Shown here piece after piece: positions 59,584 to 64,000 of a stretch of DNA of 64,000 nt (the stretch's first letter is position 1; the number at the start of each line of letters is the position of its first letter). Origin of the DNA: an uncultured Nitrospiraceae bacterium. Its GTDB lineage: Bacteria; Nitrospirota; Thermodesulfovibrionia; Thermodesulfovibrionales; UBA6898. The translations under genes and the position numbers were made by a program. Location: NCBI GenBank assembly GCA_963811165.1, contig CAWEQH010000010.1, positions 704,001 to 768,000 on the forward strand, read 5' to 3'. Under the pieces are notes generated by a model that was not told where the DNA came from, made no database searches, and saw only the letters and a program-made list of their open reading frames with translations.

Positions 59584-61224
59584 TTACATCTTCTCTGGTG
59601 CGGTCACTCCGAGTATCGACAAGGCGTCGGACAGGACAACCTTGATCCCCATGCATAGGGCAAGCCTCGCCTTCGTCATCGCCTCGTCATCCGTAATTAC
59701 CTTATATTTATGGTAATAGGGATGGAACATGCCTGCGAGTTCCTGCAGGTAAAAGGTTATCCGGTGAGGCTCAAAGGCCCTGGCCGCCCCTTCGAGCATC
59801 ATAGGGTAAGCAAGGAGTTTTTTTACAAGCGTCATCTCCTCAGTATTGAGGAGAGAAAAATCGATATCCCCTGTTTCGATGTCGATGCCCTTCTCAGTCG
59901 CGTTTGCGAGGATACTGTTTATCCTTGCATTTGCGTACTGGACGTAAAAGACCGGGTTTTCGGCAGAAGTGGCCGTTACGACGTCGATGTCGAAATCGAG
60001 GTGGCTGTCCGACTTTCTGGTAAGAAAGATGAATTTTGTCGTGTCGGCGCCGACGAGGTCGACGACATCTCCGAGGGTGACAAAATTCCCCGCCCGCTTC
60101 GACATCTGAAAGGGCTCGCCCTGTTTCAGGAGATTTACCATCTGCACAAGGATGACCCTGAACTTGGAGCTGTCGTAGCCGAAGGCCTTCATGACCGACT
60201 CTATCCTCGGTATGTAGCCATGGTGGTCAGCTCCCCATATATCTGCGATAACGTCGTATCCCCTGTCGAGTTTGTCTTTGTGATAGGCGATGTCGGAGGC
60301 AAAATAGGTATATTCACCGTCGCTCTTTATGACGACCCTGTCCTTGTCGTCTCCGAATTCGCTCGAACGAAACCAGAGGGCGCCGTCTTTCTCATATATA
60401 AATCCCTTTCCCCTGAGGGCCTCTATCGCCCCGGTCACTTCACCTTTTTCATAGAGCTGCCTCTCGCTGACCCAGTTTGTGAAGTCCCTGATATGAAAAG
60501 TTGCGATATCCCCCCTGATGAGAGTAAGCATCCTCTCATATGCCCACGAGGTGATCTCCTTTTCGCATTCCTCAAAGGGCAAGCCGCGGAATTTGTCCTT
60601 TCCCTCGGCCCTGAGCGCCGCCGCCTCGTCGTCTATATACTGCCCGCGATAGCCTTCTTTCGGGAATTCGGCATCGAGCCCAAGGAGTTGCTGATACCTG
60701 GCGTAAACGGACATGCCGAGCAATCTCACCTGCCGGCCGGCATCATTGATGTAATACTCCCTTTCGACTATGAAACCTGTTTCCTCAAGCAGGTTGCAAA
60801 GGGCATTGCCGACGGCAGCCCCCCTGGCGTGGCCTATATGCAGAGGCCCGGTGGGATTGGCGCTTACGAATTCAACGAGCGCCTTTCTGCCCTGTCCGAC
60901 GTCTTCCCTCAGCATGGACCTGTCCCCGGCAAGGACCTTTTTCAACTGCAGATGAAGATACTCGCGGGTAAACGTAAAGTTGAGAAAGCCGGGACCTGCG
61001 ATATCTACCTTCTCAAAGATACTCCGGTCCGCTATCGCCGCGATGATCTCCTCGGCGACCTTGCGGGGGGCCTTTCTGAGCTGTTTTGCGAGTCCCATAG
61101 CAACAGGCGTAGAGAGGTCACCGAAAGTCTCGGCCTTCGGGACCTCTATCTCGATCCCGGGCAGCGGAGTTATCCCCATCGATTCAAGGGCGGATTTGAG
61201 TATTTTTACGAGGTCTTTTTTCAT
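59584..61224 (-). CDS. argS: Arginine--tRNA ligase
   Basis: EFVSANPTGPLHIGH, WGADH, MSKR, YVQYANAR, APEKM. Confidence 0.97.
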   Translation of the reverse strand: MKKDLVKILKSALESMGITPLPGIEIEVPKAETFGDLSTPVAMGLAKQLRKAPRKVAEEIIAAIADRSIFEKVDIAGPGFLNFTFTREYLHLQLKKVLAGDRSMLREDVGQGRKALVEFVSANPTGPLHIGHARGAAVGNALCNLLEETGFIVEREYYINDAGRQVRLLGMSVYARYQQLLGLDAEFPKEGYRGQYIDDEAAALRAEGKDKFRGLPFEECEKEITSWAYERMLTLIRGDIATFHIRDFTNWVSERQLYEKGEVTGAIEALRGKGFIYEKDGALWFRSSEFGDDKDRVVIKSDGEYTYFASDIAYHKDKLDRGYDVIADIWGADHHGYIPRIESVMKAFGYDSSKFRVILVQMVNLLKQGEPFQMSKRAGNFVTLGDVVDLVGADTTKFIFLTRKSDSHLDFDIDVVTATSAENPVFYVQYANARINSILANATEKGIDIETGDIDFSLLNTEEMTLVKKLLAYPMMLEGAARAFEPHRITFYLQELAGMFHPYYHKYKVITDDEAMTKARLALCMGIKVVLSDALSILGVTAPEKM

Positions 61225-61373
61225 ACGCATTCGCCGGAGATAAAGTTTATAGATGAGTGATGGGGAAAGTCAAATGCGGGGGAAAATAATTAATAATTAG
61301 CGCCCTTGCCGCAATTTGATATAATGATACAATATCTCAATTAAGGTTTATCGAAAGAGGATGGATCGAAATA

Positions 61374-64000
61374 TTGGATAAATCGGCTGAATGGGAACTG
61401 ATCCGCGAGCGCAAAGAGGCCGAGGAGAAATTGCGGATCTCCTACCTTTTTTTGGAAGCAGTTCACAGGCACAGAGATATGCCGCCTCTGCTCGATGAAT
61501 ATGTGTCTCTGATAAAGGCGTACACAGGGTGCAATTCCGTCGGCATTCGGATACTCGATGAGGCAGGAGGGATTCCCTATCGTTCGTACGAGGGGTTCAG
61601 CTCCCTGTTTTACGAGTCGGAGAGTCCCCTTTCCATTAACAGGGACCAATGTATGTGCATAAACGTAATCAAGGGCTCCGTCGACCCTGGCAAGCCCTTT
61701 TATACCGAGGGCGGCTCCTTCTATATGAACGGCACAACCCGCTTCCTCGCCACGGTATCTGACGAAGTGAAAGGCCGGACCAGGAATGTCTGCAACAAAG
61801 AGGGATACGAATCAGTGGCATTAGTGCCTTTTTGGTCGGACGGGCGGATTCTCGGTCTAATACACGTGGCGGACCAGAGGGAAAACATGGTGCCCCTTAA
61901 GGCAGTACAGATGCTCGAGAAGGCCGCTATGCAGCTGGGCACCGCCCTTCATCGCATCCTCGCGGAGGAGGCGATGCGACAGGCCCAGGCCCGCTTGGAA
62001 TCTATTCTTGGCAGTGTGGCAGACACCCATATTCTCTTCGACCGGCAATGGCGCTACCTTTACGTCAATGAAGCCGCTGCCCGTGCTATCGGGCGGCCGC
62101 GGGAAGAAATACTGGGGAATACCCTTTGGGGGCTTTTCCCTGACATCGCCAACACAGAGCTGGGGCTCCAGTATCTCCGCTCGATGGTGGAACGCGTCCC
62201 GGTTTCCTTCGAGTTCCATTATCCGGCCTCGGATACCTGGTGGGAGAACCGTTTTTATCCTGCGCCGGAGGGCCTATCGGTGTTCGCAACCGACATCACC
62301 GAGCGGAAAAAGACAAAAGAGGCGTTGTTGGAACGAGAGGCCCTTTTCTCTACAGTATTCCACAGCAGTCCTATCGGCATCGTCATCTCCAGACTATCTG
62401 ACGGCCTGATCTACGATGTGAATGAAACGTTCCTGAGTACCTATGGCCTTGCACGCGAGGAGGCGATAGGCCATACGTCTTACGAGCTGAAAATTTGGAC
62501 CAATCCTGAGGAGCGTGCCAATATGGCCGAGTTGTTGCGCCGGAAAGGGCGAGTGCAGAATTTCGGGGCCAAGTTCCGGAGGAAGTCCGGACAAGTCGGT
62601 GATCTGCTCATATCTGCCGAACTGATCGAGCTGACCGGCGAGCAGTGCGTACTGGGTATGTTTTCGGACATCACCGAGCTGAGGCGTGCTGAGGATGAGC
62701 TGCGAAGAAGCGAGGAGCGTTACAGGTCCTTATTTGAAAACATGATCGAGGGCTATGCATATTGCAAGATGCTTTTCGAGGGTAAGGAACCGATCGATTT
62801 TGTCTACATCGATGTCAATAACGCCTTTGAAAAATTGACCGGCCTAAGAAACGTGATCGGGAAAAAGGTCACCGAGGTCATTCCACGGATCCGGGAGACC
62901 AACCCTGAACTCTTCGAGATCTACGGCAGAGTTGCCTTGACAGGAGAGTCTGAGCGGTTTGAGACGTTTGTGGGTTCCCTGGGGATATGGTTTTCCGTTT
63001 CCGTCTACAGCCCGAAAAAAGGATATTTTGTGGCCGTCTTCGACAATATCACGAAGCGCAAAAAGGCAGAAGAGGAAATCCAGATAAGAGACGTCGCCAT
63101 CCAGTCTTCGATCAGCCCCATAGGCATGGCAGACTTAAACGGCAATATTATCTTTGCCAACGGCTCATACTTAAGGCTCTGGGGCTATGACGATCTGAAG
63201 GAGATTGTGGGCAAACACATCTCGGAATTTGCCTTATCGCAGGGGCAAAGCGCAGAAGTTGCAGCCTCACTTCTGTCGGGGAAGGGATACATAGGAGAGG
63301 GCGGAGCCATAAGAAAGGACGGGTCTGCTTTCGATGTGCAGATATCGGCCAACCTGGTGAAGTCGCGCGAGGGGAAACCGGTATGCCTGATGGCTTCATT
63401 CGTCGACATCACCGACCGCAAACGGGCAGAGAAGGCCCTGCAGGAGTCGGAAAGAAACTATCGCAACCTGGTCGATAACGCCCTCGTGGGCGTGTACCGG
63501 TCCACCATCGAAGGCCATTTCCTTTATGTGAACGAGGCAATGGCGCGTATATTTGAGTGCGGGTCTCCAAAGGAAATGCTCTCTGAAGATGTACAGCTAA
63601 GATACAAAAGCCCAAAAGACAGAGAATGTTTCATTGAGAGGCTTAAACAGCACGGCGCGGTCAGCAACTACGAAATCGAAGTCCCCACCAAGGACGGAAA
63701 ACTCGTCACAATACTTATCAGCGCCACGCTGGACAACGGGATCATTTCCGGCATGGTCCTCGACATCACGGAGTATAAAAGGCTCGAGGAACAGTTCCTT
63801 CATGCCCAGAAAATTGAGGCGATCGGACTGCTGGCAGGCGGCGTCGCGCACGATTTCAACAATATCCTCTCGGCGATCATCGGCTACTCAGAGATTATGT
63901 TGATGAAGATGCAGGGAGATGATCCTCTACGGAACTACCTGGAACAGATAATGGCGTCATCCAACCGCGCCACTGTCCTTACGCAGAGCCTGCTGGCCTT
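61374..64000 (+). CDS. GAF/multi-PAS sensor histidine kinase, runs off window end (not in ORF track)
   Basis: Open frame with GAF (RNVCNKEGYESVALVP), several PAS/PAC repeats (DITERK, DITDRK) and H-box AQKIEAIGLLAGGVAHDFNNIL; start uncertain. Confidence 0.9.
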   Translation, partial: MDKSAEWELIRERKEAEEKLRISYLFLEAVHRHRDMPPLLDEYVSLIKAYTGCNSVGIRILDEAGGIPYRSYEGFSSLFYESESPLSINRDQCMCINVIKGSVDPGKPFYTEGGSFYMNGTTRFLATVSDEVKGRTRNVCNKEGYESVALVPFWSDGRILGLIHVADQRENMVPLKAVQMLEKAAMQLGTALHRILAEEAMRQAQARLESILGSVADTHILFDRQWRYLYVNEAAARAIGRPREEILGNTLWGLFPDIANTELGLQYLRSMVERVPVSFEFHYPASDTWWENRFYPAPEGLSVFATDITERKKTKEALLEREALFSTVFHSSPIGIVISRLSDGLIYDVNETFLSTYGLAREEAIGHTSYELKIWTNPEERANMAELLRRKGRVQNFGAKFRRKSGQVGDLLISAELIELTGEQCVLGMFSDITELRRAEDELRRSEERYRSLFENMIEGYAYCKMLFEGKEPIDFVYIDVNNAFEKLTGLRNVIGKKVTEVIPRIRETNPELFEIYGRVALTGESERFETFVGSLGIWFSVSVYSPKKGYFVAVFDNITKRKKAEEEIQIRDVAIQSSISPIGMADLNGNIIFANGSYLRLWGYDDLKEIVGKHISEFALSQGQSAEVAASLLSGKGYIGEGGAIRKDGSAFDVQISANLVKSREGKPVCLMASFVDITDRKRAEKALQESERNYRNLVDNALVGVYRSTIEGHFLYVNEAMARIFECGSPKEMLSEDVQLRYKSPKDRECFIERLKQHGAVSNYEIEVPTKDGKLVTILISATLDNGIISGMVLDITEYKRLEEQFLHAQKIEAIGLLAGGVAHDFNNILSAIIGYSEIMLMKMQGDDPLRNYLEQIMASSNRATVLTQSLLA

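Noticed and set aside
61361..61381. ATG at 61361 as the kinase start
   Set aside because: That frame stops after six codons; the kinase frame opens at TTG 61374 unless a one-base error is present.

Overview
Bacterial chromosomal window; gene content suggests an anaerobic Nitrospirota (Thermodesulfovibrionia-like) or Desulfobacterota organism (inference). Bases ~1.1-11.4 kb hold a complete integron: a 431-aa IntI, attI with a Pc promoter, and 12 cassettes delimited by 11 attC sites traced by hand through R''/R' complementarity. The array has small membrane-protein cassettes, one reverse-oriented peptide cassette and four consecutive toxin-antitoxin cassettes. An IS1182-family element sits exactly at the GTT crossover of attC6, and a 24-bp end remnant of a related IS lies at the same position before cassette 10, which points to an attC-targeting IS1182 group. 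The rest is mostly housekeeping (pyrDK, greA, proS, rne, ychF, queE, pncB, glgB, tlyA, dxs, ispA, guaAB, ilvE, argS) with accessory modules: split-Soret cytochrome plus NosL, a DUF2844/DUF3443 pepsin-like pair, USP-TSUP-DUF169, a peptidoglycan-recycling cluster, and an MtrAB-like decaheme/porin pair tightly linked to an orphan binding protein and a chemoreceptor. Several single-base homopolymer frameshifts may be sequencing errors. No tRNA, rRNA or CRISPR array was seen. Family names come from motif recognition, not database searches.
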